A DNA stretch of 34,087 bases, taken from Octopus sinensis. Lineage: Eukaryota. Positions 11,090-23,765 of the stretch are shown here, in pieces. The notes beneath the pieces are model-generated. The model was not told the origin of the DNA, did not search any database, and was given only the letters and a program-made list of their open reading frames with translations. The stretch's first letter is position 1; each line of letters begins with the position of its first letter. A program made the position numbers and the translations under genes. The stretch covers positions 1 through 34,087 of the forward strand of contig NW_021836195.1 of assembly GCF_006345805.1 (NCBI RefSeq), read 5' to 3'.

Positions 11090-11370
11090 CATCTATAATA
11101 AATAGTAAATAATATATAGTATACACACACACACATATATATACACATGCATATATGGGTACAGAATATCACCAAATGTACAAGAATCACACACACACCT
11201 CTCTCTCTCTATATATATATATGTACATACGTAGATATATATACACATATATATACATGAATATATATATATATATATACATATAATATACATATACATA
11301 CACCCACACACACATCACACATATACATATAGAGATATACCAACAACATGTAAATACTCGTGCATACATG
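10945..11370. repeat. Long (TA)n/(CA)n tract
   Basis: Directly visible. Confidence 0.95.
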
Positions 11371-11699
11371 CACATACACACGCAAATGTCTGTGCTATGT
11401 CTCGTATACATCATCAGGAGTAAATGTAATTAATCTGCATATTACGCAGGAAAACATTACATTAGACGCGACTGATATTCGTTGCAGCTCCAACTCCAAC
11501 GCCAGCGCCAGCGCCACCTTCCTCCGTCCACCAAAGACTAAATCTTGTTTATCCCCTCACACCGCATGTGTCTTGTCATCACGTCGAGTTCTTTGAACTT
11601 AAGCGATACGATAAGAAGCCAAAAATATGGCGACGGATATTATTTATTCATCGAAATGGGCGACTTCTGAAAAACAAAAAAACCCAACCCGAAACACCA

Positions 11700-11770
<71 letters not shown>

Positions 11771-11788
11771 GTGTGTGTGGGGGTTTTG

Positions 11789-11823
<35 letters not shown>

Positions 11824-12779
11824 AATGCTAAATCACAGAGCTGCTGACGCAGATAAAAAAAAAAGTGAGTAATGATAAATGAATAACTACAAGGGGCTGT
11901 GTTGAGCAAAAATATGTTCCGCCGAGGTTATATAATATTTCAATGACCTTAGCCAGGCTTGTTGTGCACTGTTGCGAGGAGAATAAAAATCGATCAATAT
12001 GTATTATATCATCTCTTTGAGGCTAAAAAAAAAAAAAAAAAAAAAAGAAACAAGAACAAAAAAAACAAACAAAAACGAAACAGAAACAAAAAAAAAAATA
12101 TGCAATGACAAGAAAGTATCGACATTGCCAGAAAATCAAAAAAAGAAAAACCGACAAACTATATAAAAATATAAAAACACCAGCATTAAAGAAAAGCAAG
12201 AATAAACATAAAGAAAAACGAGAAAAACTTTCCATCTGTCGTTATTTTTTTCCTTTCTTCACACCTCTGTCTCCATCTGCTTCCCTCGAATTTTAATGCC
12301 TTCAATTTCTTCAACTCTTATCCTATCTCCATCGCCTATTTTTAATTTAATCTGTTTTACTGGTTTATCGTGTTTTTAGTTTTTTTCGATCCAAATCACT
12401 GACGTCAGCATTTTTTTCTTTCTTTCTTTTCTTCTTTTCTCTACGTCTGCTTTCTATCCTGTTTACATTTCGTGATTCAATTTCTCTCTTGTCACTGGAG
12501 GGTGTTTTGTCATCTACGTTTATTGATGTGCTTCGATGACTTTACAAGCCTCCAAAAATGTAATTAATAACATTAATAATGATTTCTAACATGAACACAT
12601 GGTTATGAATTACGGGGGAGGGGGAGGGGGAACACCGGATTATATCGACCCCAGGATGATGAAAGGTAATTTTGACCTTTGCCGGATTTGAACGCTAAGA
12701 GATATAACCGAATCTCTCAAGGCATCTATACCGCGGCACTCTTCAGATTCTGTCAATCTAGCACACTAATAATTCTTTC

Positions 12780-12958
12780 AAATTTTGGCATAAGGCTAGC
12801 ACTTTTGAGAGGAGGGGCAAGGCGATTACATAGACACAATCCTCGATGAAAGGCACAGAGGACCATGAAGGAATGTCAGGTTAAAATGTTACGAGTTGGA
12901 AGAAATGCAGCTGGGTGCGTAGTCTCGGTGTTAACGATTCTGCCAGCTCCCCGCCTTA
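12780..12958 (-). mobile_element. Degenerate family-B SINE (further fragments at 12640-12700 and 13735-13895)
   Basis: aaattttggcataaggctagc tail and taacgattctgccagctccccgcc head. Confidence 0.6.
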
Positions 12959-13024
12959 ATCTACCACCATAATTATACTGCTACTACTACTACTACTACT
13001 ACTATTACTACTACTACTACTACT

Positions 13025-13062
<38 letters not shown>

Positions 13063-13065
13063 AAC

Positions 13066-13107
<42 letters not shown>

Positions 13108-13110
13108 AAT

Positions 13111-13477
13111 CGGATGCAGTACAAGGCAGTGGCTCTCATGGCTGCTGATCTTAACTGATTGGAAGTGTTATCATGTACATTGTTTTGTCTTGGTATAAAA
13201 GATGGGCTACAGCAAATATTCTTCTCAATACCACAGTCAGTTGTTTGACCATAACCAGTTGAGCATGTCCCTAAGTGGCTGACGATATGTGCATCTCTGA
13301 TAACGAGCAGAAGTAGTGGGGGAGCATCATAACCATGTGTCGAGAGGACTTCTTGGAAGTTTGGATAATTCACATTTGGAAACATGGGTGGTTCAAAATC
13401 TTTAACCAATCCTTATTCAGGGACCTTTTGAGCGAGATGGGCTACTCGACCAGAAGAAAATTTTAACTGCGCCCCTC
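13111..13477 (+). mobile_element. Copy 1 (3'-truncated) of the ~555-bp (TAA)n-associated element
   Basis: gatgcagtacaaggcagtggctctcatggc...gaagaaaattttaactg aligns to 27936-28492; preceded by a (TAA)n array. Confidence 0.9.
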
Positions 13478-14048
13478 CATTGCATATGACGACACTTACA
13501 AAAGGAACAAGCGACGCTGTCTACGGCCAACCAAATGCGTGAGTCAGTCAAACAACCACATTACCAGACGTTCCGAAAGGTAACCAGTCACTTTGACCAC
13601 GAGTAAGAGCCACTGTGATTGAACCACTGAAAACAAGTTCGAAACTGCTTGCTTTATTACTGCCACCAAATAGCAATAGTCGTTCCAATAGAAAGCTTTT
13701 AGTCAATTGTTACTATCGTAGATGGCAAAAGCGCTGGAACTCCACACGAAACGCTTAGAGGCATATCGTGTGTCTTTAAGTTTTGACCTCAAATTCCACC
13801 GGGGTCGATAAAAATAAGTATCAGTTAAATACTAGAATCGGTCGATAAAATAAATACCAGTTAAATACTGCTCTTGTGCCAAAAATTGAAACCATTTTAG
13901 GCGGTACGTATAAGTTGCTGAAATCATTTGACAATGCGGATAAGTTGTATTGGTTACATAGATCTCCTCCGATTTTTAACTGCGTTTTGCTCTATTAGGA
14001 TTAGGATTATTTTGAGAGGAAGTTAGCATGGATGGGTGAGGGGGTTAG

Positions 14049-14762
14049 TTCATTAGATCGACTCCATTGCACAACTGGTATTTAATTTATCGACCCCAAA
14101 AGGATGAAAGGCAAAGTCGACCTCGGCGGAATTTTAACTCAGAACGTAAAGACAGACGAAATACCTATTTCTTTACTACCCACAAATGGCTAAACACAGA
14201 GAGGACAAACAAGGGCAGACAAACGGATTAAGTCAATTATATCGACGCCAGTGCGTAACTGGTACTTATTTAATCGGCCCCGAAAGGATGAAAGGCAAAG
14301 TCGACCTCGGCGGAATTTGAACTCAGAACGTAGCGGCAGACGAAATACCTATTTCTCTACTAAACAAGGGGCTAAACACAGAGAGGACAAACAGGGACTG
14401 AGAAACGGATTAAGTCGATTATATCGAGCTCAGTGCGTAACTGGTACTTATTTAATCGGCCCTGAAAGGATGAAAGGCAAAGTCGTCCTCGGCGGAATTT
14501 GAACTCAGAACGTAGCGGAAGACGAAATACCTATTTCTCTACTAAACAAGGGGCTAAACACAGAGAGGACAAACAGGGACTGACAAACGGATTAAGTCGA
14601 TTATATCGAGCCCAGTGCGTAACTGGTACTTATTTAATTGGCCCTGAAAGGATGAAAGGCAAAGTCGTCCTCGGCGGAATTTGACCACAGAACGTAGCGG
14701 CAGACGAAATATCGCTAAGCATTTCGCCCGGCATGCTAACATTTCTGCCAGGTAGCCGCCTT
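14049..14762 (-). mobile_element. Multimeric family-B SINE: one head plus four ~182-bp body units
   Basis: gacgaaata recurs at 14155, 14339, 14521, 14703; single head taacatttctgccaggtagccgcc at ~14738-14760. Confidence 0.92.
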
Positions 14763-14769
14763 ATTAATT

Positions 14770-15009
14770 AAGATATAATAAAAGAAAATACATAGTGAAC
14801 CGTAGATGAGTAAACACAGAACTGCACATACCGTATGAAAAACGAAACTCGGGAGGCGTGTAGTTTTGTTTTGCACTTATGATAAACTGAATATATACAA
14901 ATCATAAAAATAATTTTAAAAATATACAGTACCGTTTCTACTTCGCGTATTTTCACCTATCGCGGGATGTTTTTGGAACGTAACACCTGCGACAGTCGAG
15001 GGATTACTG
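14770..15009. mobile_element. End fragment of a pogo/Tigger-like DNA transposon
   Basis: Reverse complement of 14935-15011 reads TA-cagtaatccctcgactgtcgcaggtgttacgttccaaaaacatcccgcgataggtgaaaatacgcg, the same terminal sequence as the MITEs at 6423 and 7303. Confidence 0.7.
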
Positions 15010-15969
15010 TATGTTGTCGAATATACTTTAATTTAAGAGAGAATTGAGTTAAATCTGACCACATAGAGACACACTCTTCGGGCTGTAATTCTGGTGATTA
15101 GTTTTTCGCATGTGACAGGAATAGCCTGTTTTATAGTACAGCAAGAAATAAATTGTGACGGGTAGTGACCTTAATTATTATATCGTTCTTTTATAAAAGT
15201 ATTGCTCTTGTTTATTCTCAGAAAAGATCTGACTGAGCAAATTTATAACCGTTGTCATGGTATTTCTGATAATCTCTTTCTTTATAGTAAATTTTTACAC
15301 GCTTGGTCGTCTGAGAGCGTACATTGACGAATATATCCCTTGTTTTCCTTAGACGGTAGGGATTTGGTTCATGGAAATTTTCGTTGCAATTTCTAGCAAT
15401 TTCATCAACCATTTTACTGTTCCAGCGCTGTGCCGTCCTGTTGTGTCAGGTGGTGAGCATGCTGCGGACGCCCTCCCCATTTGGCTTCCGCCAGGAACAG
15501 ACTACCGTGATGACAGCAGATACATCACCATACAGTTGATAGTGTATGAAGAGACCCTTTGTGTAAATAGGGATGCAGAATTTAATATTACCCCAGCACC
15601 AAAATTTGAAAGGAAGTGAGGGAAAAAGCATGAGAAATTAAAGAACAGAAAAAAACATAGTAGATGTAGGGAAGAAGAGAGGATTAATAGCAATGAAAAT
15701 AAACAGAATCGTAGTAAGAACGACAGAAAGAAAGAAGCAAAAAGAAAGCATCAAGTATTAGTATATAAAGGGATAAGTCCGTTTGCATTCTGTGTTCCTA
15801 TCCCGTTGGGTTTGAATTTCCTTTTTACCTCCTAGGGTGTTGAAAAAGTTAATACATGTCAAAAAAACTACATTTTTCTATTTTCTTTTTCTTCTTCTTG
15901 AAACAATGGTGCTGATAGCCTTAACAAACCTAACACTATTTGATGAATCGTAAAGATGGCGTTTAAATT

Positions 15970-16185
15970 GTGCGTGCGTGCATGCGCGCGCGCGCGCGCG
16001 CGTGTGTGTGTGTGTGTATGTCGTGTGTGCGTATGTGTTTGTGCGAGTGTGTGCGTATGTGTTTGTGTGAGTGTGTACGTACATACATGTGTCATATATG
16101 TGTGCAAATCTGTATATATATATATAAGAAAGTTAACAATGGATAAAAGACTGACACCCTAACCACGAAGCCACGCGCCTCCACC

Positions 16186-16221
<36 letters not shown>

Positions 16222-16344
16222 CAACAACAACAACAACAACAATAATAACAATAATGATTAATAATAATAATAATAATAATAACAACAATAATAATAATAA
16301 CAACAATAATAATGATAATAATAATAGTAATAATAATAATAATA

Positions 16345-16389
<45 letters not shown>

Positions 16390-16431
16390 TAATAATAATA
16401 ATAATAAATAATAACAATAATAATAGCAATA

Positions 16432-16460
<29 letters not shown>
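15970..16460. repeat. (GC)n(TG)n and long (TAA/CAA)n microsatellites
   Basis: Directly visible. Confidence 0.95.
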
Positions 16461-16462
<2 letters not shown>

Positions 16463-16530
16463 CAAAATAGAATTCAGAAAATGGAGATGTAACATTAATA
16501 TAGTTTATTAACTGCAAAAGTTCAACATGT

Positions 16531-16615
16531 TTTCTTACAGCTGTTTCGATTTTGTCCAAAGAATTAAATTCCAGTATTTAAAAACATTATATTGGGCAAA
16601 ATCTCATCACAGGAA
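16531..16615 (-). ncRNA. Hammerhead-like motif with a 12-bp stem II; core C3 replaced by G
   Basis: Minus strand: UUCCU-GUGAUGA-GAUUUUGCCCAA-(32 nt)-UUGGACAAAAUC-GAAA-CAGCUG-UA-AGAAA. Stem II pairs 11/12, stem III is the palindrome ACAGCUGU, triplet GUA, stem I pairs 4/5. Confidence 0.7.
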
Positions 16616-17077
16616 TAGAACAGACATACCGTTAAGTTGTTAGATGCTGTACTACCAAATCATCTCAACAGACTGAATATCATTTAATTACTAATATTGG
16701 TATAAACCTTGGTCAGGAGGTAAGAGGTTGTATAAGGGTAATAATAGGTAAATAAAGGTTAGATAGTGAATTACAGTAAATATACATATATATCATAATA
16801 AATATATCATATTAAATCATATTAAATAAAGTCTGCTAGCACTTTTTCATCGCTTTATAGTGCGGGTTGAAAGAGAAAGGTTCCTTTCGGCTAATGGCCA
16901 TATCTAACCATCAGTTGTCTAAATTTAAATTTAATATGTTTCAGGATTATTTCTTTCACTAAAACCTAATTTGTCGTTCGCTGGTTTGACGAGCCTTCAG
17001 TTGAGAGTTTACTAAAAAGACGTTTTCACGGTCTATTGCTGAGAGAAACTTTCAGGCTTTGTGCCAAGAGTAGAAAG

Positions 17078-17078
17078 G

Positions 17079-17146
<68 letters not shown>

Positions 17147-17175
17147 TATTATTATTATTTTTATTATTATTATTA

Positions 17176-17244
<69 letters not shown>

Positions 17245-17379
17245 TATTCTGTTTGACTTTTGCTTTATATTTGGACAAGTTGGCTCCAAGTCTCACCCAG
17301 AGACATCAAGAGACAACATGTTGAAAGTTCGTGTTGTTGTTATGCCTAGTGTGCCATATATTTGGTTTTGTTTTATATG

Positions 17380-17425
<46 letters not shown>

Positions 17426-17475
17426 TATCATCATCATTATTATTATTATTATTATTATAATTATTATTATTATTA

Positions 17476-17521
<46 letters not shown>

Positions 17522-17529
17522 CATCATCA

Positions 17530-17602
<73 letters not shown>

Positions 17603-17603
17603 G
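17078..17603. repeat. Two long (ATT)n arrays (17078-17245, 17362-17603)
   Basis: Directly visible. Confidence 0.98.
17246..17361 (-). mobile_element. Probable 3' tip of a second R4/Dong-type element, with (TAA)n tail
   Basis: Minus strand ...tgtctcttgatgtctctgggtgagacttggagccaacttgtccaaatataaagcaaaagtcaaacagaataataat is flanked on both sides by TAA arrays. The gtctctgggtgagacttgg motif resembles R4 3'-UTR motifs as recalled. Confidence 0.45.
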
Positions 17604-17890
17604 GCCTTTGCACAGCTTCTAATGCTGGAGATGTACTACAGTGTCAGATTTTCACTACCATTGAACTAAGGTAACACCTCTTATTTTTCGAGCACCTTCC
17701 AGAGTATTCTAGCGGTTCCAAGCAGTGCTGTTTTCTGCAAGTGCTCCACTCTTATTGCAACCCCTATTTGTTCAACGTACTTCTCTAGATTTTTGCTCAC
17801 TGTTCTCAAGGCTCCGCCAGTTATTGATGCTTTTTACCTTGACCACAACTGCTTAACTTCCCAAGCTATTATGTCATATCTCTCGAAATT
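17604..17890 (-). mobile_element. R4/Dong non-LTR retrotransposon 3' fragment (RLE C-terminus, 3' UTR, (TAA)n tail), pseudogenised
   Basis: Minus translation ERYDIIAWEVKQLWSR*KASITGGALRTVSKNLEKYVEQIGVAIRVEHLQKTALLGTARILWKVLEK* (stop 17683-17681) is typical of the R4/Dong C-terminus. 3' UTR matches 24555-24630. Confidence 0.88.
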
Positions 17891-17944
17891 TCTTTCTATT
17901 TTCTATTTTTATTATTTATTTTCTATTTTTGATTCTATTATTAT

Positions 17945-18138
17945 TCTTTTACTCTTTTACTTGTTTCAGTCATTTGACTGCGGCCATGCTGGAGCACCGC
18001 CTTTAGTCGAGCAAATCGACCCCAGGACTTATTCTTTGTAAGCCAAGTACTTACTCTATCGGTCTCTTTTGCCGATCCGCTGAGTTACGGGGACACAAAC
18101 GCACCAGCATCGGTTGTCAAGCGATGCTGGGAGGACAA

Positions 18139-18171
<33 letters not shown>

Positions 18172-18352
18172 CATACATATACATATATACGACGGGCGTC
18201 TTTCAGTTTCCATCTACCAAATCCACTCACAAGGCTTTCGTCAGCCCAAGGCTATAGTAGAAGACACTTGCCCAAAGTGCCACGCAGTGGGACTGAACCC
18301 AGAACCATGTGGTTTGTAAGCAAGCTACTTACCACACACCCACTCCTGCGCC
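17945..18352 (-). mobile_element. Full-length family-A SINE with internal (CA)n(TA)n
   Basis: Head ggcgcaggagtggg..tggtaagtagcttgcttacaaaccacatggttctgggttcagtcccactgcgtggcactttgggcaagtgtcttc; tail aaacaagtaaaagagtaaaaga. Confidence 0.92.
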
Positions 18353-18408
18353 TATTATTTTTATTATTATCATTATTTTTATTATTATTATTATTAATAT
18401 CATTATTA

Positions 18409-18446
<38 letters not shown>

Positions 18447-18447
18447 T

Positions 18448-18490
<43 letters not shown>

Positions 18491-18611
18491 TTATTAATCA
18501 TTAACAAAGGCTAAGGTATTCAATATTCTAAAATATGACTTAATACATGTCGCATAATTGTAAAAACGTGAGTAAAACTATTTTTACTTAATTCAATATT
18601 TGACGTTTTAT

Positions 18612-18650
18612 AACGCATTTCTCTGCTGGAAAGCAGTTCATCAGAGGTGT
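18612..18650 (-). ncRNA. Degenerate hammerhead-like motif (no stem I partner)
   Basis: Minus strand: acaccu-CUGAUGA-A-CUGCU-uucc-AGCAG-A-GAAA-UGCGUU. Intact core with a 5-bp stem II. Upstream ctcacacc is shared with the 31220 motif. Confidence 0.5.
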
Positions 18651-19217
18651 GAGCGAATATGCAGGGCTTAATAATTAAATAGTTAAAGAGAGGAGACATA
18701 AAAGAACAAAGGCAAATTAATGAGAAAGGAAGAATTTTTAACAGGAAGTTAGGCGAGACATTTTAAGCAGTGGGAGGTGTGCCGTGCAATATATATAAGA
18801 GAGAGAAAACTTCAAATAGTTTGGACGCTCTCAGCAATAGAATTTAAAACAATAATGTTGATGATGATGATGAAGGGTGATGAGGATAATAATGAATAAA
18901 TAAATAAATAAATAAATAAAGGGAGGTGAAGAATGTCCAGAAATGTAGGGAAGGTGTGGTCGGATCAAAGGACCAAATGCCATTGTAAATATTTGATATT
19001 TGTTTATATGTTTTTGCAAACTACAGCGCAATTAAAAATATGAATAAATAACTAAAAGTTTAATTTAGAATTTAAATTACTCTGTTCTGTTTATAACTTC
19101 GAGTCAGAGAAAGTTTGCAGGTAATGTTCCATATTTAAATATGTCTGAAACAGGAAACAAAACTTACTAAGACATTTTTATACTTATTTTACATAATTAA
19201 TGATTATTTGTGTTAAT

Positions 19218-19233
19218 GAGTATTAAGAAAAAT

Positions 19234-19279
<46 letters not shown>

Positions 19280-19398
19280 ATATATATATATATAATATAT
19301 ATATATATTAATTATATATATGTATATCTTATATATATGTATATATATATATAATATATATATATATATAATAATATATATATATAATGTATAATATA

Positions 19399-19458
<60 letters not shown>

Positions 19459-19471
19459 AATATATGTATAT

Positions 19472-19518
<47 letters not shown>

Positions 19519-19548
19519 TATATATATAATATATATATATATATATTA
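19218..19548. repeat. Long (TA)n tract
   Basis: Directly visible. Confidence 0.98.
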
Positions 19549-19739
19549 AACGAACTTTATAAGTCTTGGCACGACTTCCATTAGTTTCAGAAAATGTAGA
19601 TAAATATTTTAGTAATGTCGAAAGGTTTCATCAAATACAGAAAACAGAATTCTGGTAGCAATGAATTATAAATAGATACATATATGATGAAATTGGCAAA
19701 AATGTAGATAATAATTATATGTATTTTGGTATTGATTTC

Positions 19740-20250
19740 AGATTTTCGTACAAGGCCAATAATATCGGGGGAAAGAATAAGTCGATTTGAACGACCGCAG
19801 TGTTCAACTGGTACTTATTTTAAGGAAATCGAAAGGATGAATGGCAAAATGTCGCTAAGCATTTTACCCGGCGTGACGACAGTTCTCCCAGCTTGCCCCC
19901 TTTATCTGTATTCCCATATTAGTATATCTACCTAGCAATGGATTATTACTATTATATATATATATATTTGTATATATATATGGATCATTTGCTTTTCTGG
20001 GTCGATAAAATAAAGTACTAGTCAATATAATCAGCTTACCCCCTCCCTTCAAAATTGCTGGCCTTGTACTTAGCAGGATTTTATCCATCAATACCTTCGG
20101 AGCTCAAATTTGACTGAGGTAGGCTTTCCCTTTCATCCTTTCAGGGTCGATTAAATATAATAACAATCAAATACTAGGGTCAATGTAATCAACTAGCCCC
20201 CCACACTGCCCCACCTCTCCCAAGTATTTAAAGCCTTGTGCCTATATATG
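19740..20250. mobile_element. Cluster of degenerate family-B SINE fragments in both orientations
   Basis: Minus fragment ~19740-19900; plus fragments gggtcgataaaataaagtac (~19998) and ctttcatcctttcagggtcgatt (~20130). Confidence 0.6.
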
Positions 20251-20312
20251 GCAGTGAGCTCTTCAAATTGTTAGTATTCTGGACGAAATGACGAAATATA
20301 CTGGTATCTATC

Positions 20313-20715
20313 AAGGTGGCAAGTTGGCAGAAACGTTAGCACGTCGGGCGAAATGCTTAGCGGTATTTCGTCTGCCGCTACGTTCTGAGTTCAAATTCCG
20401 CCGAGGTCGACTTTGCCTTTCATCCTTTCGGGGTCGATTAAATAAGTACCAGTTACGCACTGGTGTCGATATAATCGACTTAATCCGTTTGTCTGTCCTT
20501 GTTTGTCTTCTCGGTGTTTAGCTCCTTGTGGGTAGTAAAGAAATAGGTATTTCGTTTGTCTTTATGTTCTGGGTTCATATTCCACCTAGGTCGACTTTGC
20601 CTTTCATCCTTTCGGGGTCGATAAATTAGATACAGTTGTGTACCTGGGATCGATCTAATCGACTGGCCCCCTCACCCCAAATTTCGGGCCTTGTGCCTAG
20701 AGTAGAAAAGAATAT
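20313..20715 (+). mobile_element. Dimeric family-B SINE (head, body, linker, body, tail)
   Basis: aggtggcaagttggcagaaacgttagcacgtcgggcgaaatgc head; ggtcgactttgcctttcatcctttcggggtcgat twice (~20405, ~20589); tail ggccttgtgcctagagtagaaaag. Confidence 0.92.
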
Positions 20716-20974
20716 TGGTACCTATCACACCTGAATTCGATCGGAGGTAGTTCTTATACTTTCTGTGACTTACAATTATTTTAACACCAGGCGTAAGTTA
20801 TTAGTCGTCCCGCAGTGAACGGGCGAACAAGCAAAACATATATATATTGAGTAAATGCGTTCGATAATGTTTACAACACTAGCGTTGCTTCTTATTCATA
20901 TCTGAATACATATACATGAATCCGAAGGGAGACACACTCTAAAACATTAACGTTTTAATATTTGGAAGTTTGTA

Positions 20975-21350
20975 AAGGAGGCGAACTGGGAGAAGAGTTA
21001 ACACGCTGGGCGAAATACTTAGCAGTATTACTTCTGTCTTTACGTTCTGAGTTTAAATTCCGCCGATGTCAACTTTGCCTTTCATCCTTTCGAGGGTCGA
21101 TAAATTAAATATCAGTTACGCACTGGGGTCGATATAATCGACTTAATCCGTTTGTCTGTCCTTGTTTGTCCACTCTATGTTTAGCCCCTTGTGGATAGTA
21201 AAGAAATAGGTATTACATCTGTCTTTATGTTCTGAGTTTAAATTCCGTCGACTATGCCTTTCATCCTTTCGGAGTCGATAAATTAAGTACCCCTTGCATA
21301 CTGGTGTCGATCTAATTTCGGGTCGTGTGCCTAGATTAGAAACGAATATT
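20975..21350 (+). mobile_element. Dimeric family-B SINE
   Basis: Same architecture as 20313-20715; gcctttcatcctttcg at ~21077 and ~21256. Confidence 0.88.
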
Positions 21351-21909
21351 TGGAAGATTGCTGAGTATATGGCCGGTTTCGTACTTATAAAGCGCCCAGC
21401 TGTATAGGCGACTCGTTAGAATCAAGCGGCTGGAAGCATATAACATCTTTATAAATGAGAATTGTAGACAGGCTCACAGAAGTTATGTACCTCCGTCATT
21501 TAAGTCACCTATACAGTTAAGCTCTCACTGTCATCCCCTCTTTTCTCTGTCCTTTACTGTATAGCTATTTGATTGTAAGTGATTGTATGAATACATATAT
21601 ATAAATGTACGAATACATAATGTCTCGATCTACAAGTTAATTTGTTCCTGCAGACAAACATATATTCTGTATATACAAGTGTGGCTTTGTGGTAAGAAAT
21701 TTGCTTTCCAAACATATAGTTCCTATATTTCATTTAATATTTAATATTTGTGTAAATTAGAATGTATTCACCACTCTGGGTGCGGAAGAGTCAGTAATCC
21801 GGAAATAATTTGGAACCAAGGATTCCGGAAAATCGATGTTGTATTCATATACAGTATCTATCTATATAATTTTGATATATATTTAAATAATATAAATTAA
21901 TTAATCTTA

Positions 21910-22053
21910 TGTATTGGCTTAAGTTTTTCATTATATGATTTGCCTAATAGTGGTTTTATCTCTAATTTAATATAATATAATATTTTACTATAAAATTGGA
22001 TTCAATCCTAAATCTGATTTTTCCCTAAGTTTGGATTTGTTCCCTAATATTTT

Positions 22054-22056
<3 letters not shown>
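21910..22056. repeat. Unclassified interspersed repeat, second copy (see 8520-8757)
   Basis: ~72-bp near-identity with 8686-8757. Confidence 0.75.
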
Positions 22057-22087
<31 letters not shown>

Positions 22088-22096
22088 TAATATATA

Positions 22097-22143
<47 letters not shown>

Positions 22144-22334
22144 TAGATAGATAGATAGTCATGCATATATATATATTATATATAATATATATTATATATA
22201 ACTATCAAAAGAACACAAATGGGGTTGAACGTTATTTTCGTATTCATCAATAAAGTTCTTGGTTTTATAATTTCGTCGCAGCGAGAAGCAATCCTGAGTC
22301 AGACCGACTGGATAAATTAGAGCTGGTGCCAACG

Positions 22335-23160
<826 letters not shown>

Positions 23161-23415
23161 GGCCGGACATATCTACATATCCTCACTATCCTACCAACAT
23201 ATAAGACCGCCATGTTCGTTTCACCACACCGTGAAGCCTATTTTATTGTGCCTAGCCACTTCAGGCGCCCAATGTTCTAATGTGCGTAGATTCTAATACA
23301 ACCTATGATTAATCTCCTTATTCCTCGGTGGAGTTAGAACACATAACATGAAGAGGGGTGAGATGCTGTATTTTATCCGGCGTGTTAACGATTCTAGAAG
23401 GTCGCCTCTGTAGTA

Positions 23416-23485
<70 letters not shown>

Positions 23486-23500
23486 TAATAATGATAATGA

Positions 23501-23755
23501 TTTCAAATTTTGGCAGACGAGCAGTAGTTTTATATTGACCCCTGTACTCAACTGATACTTATTTTATCGACCCCGAAAGGATGAAAATCTAAGTTGACAT
23601 CGGTGGAATTTGAACTGAGAACGTAAATTCGGACGAAATACCGCTAATCATTTTGCCCGGCGTATTAACGATTCTGCCAGAATGTCGCTTTTAATAATAA
23701 TAGTAATCCTTTCTATTATAGGCACAAGGCCTGAAATTTTGGAGGAGGGAACTAG
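23501..23755 (-). mobile_element. Family-B SINE (23501-23690) plus an isolated family-B tail (23700-23755)
   Basis: atcgaccccgaaaggatgaaa...ggaatttgaactgagaacg body; cctttctattataggcacaaggcctgaaattt tail. Confidence 0.8.
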
Positions 23756-23765
23756 TTTTCGAGAA

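Noticed and set aside
13534-13580. ATG...AAG|GTAACC as a first coding exon (MRESVKQPHYQTFRK)
   Set aside because: A single donor-like site with no other support; such matches are frequent by chance.
14049-14762. Regularly spaced repeats as a CRISPR array
   Set aside because: The ~182-bp units are wholly repeated with no unique spacers, and the context is eukaryotic SINE sequence.
15446-15448. In-frame TGA as a selenocysteine codon
   Set aside because: No selenoprotein homology or SECIS-like hairpin recognised; a decay stop is simpler.
17033-17674. 212-aa poly-Y ORF and overlapping poly-I ORFs
   Set aside because: (ATT)n arrays plus antisense Dong UTR sequence.
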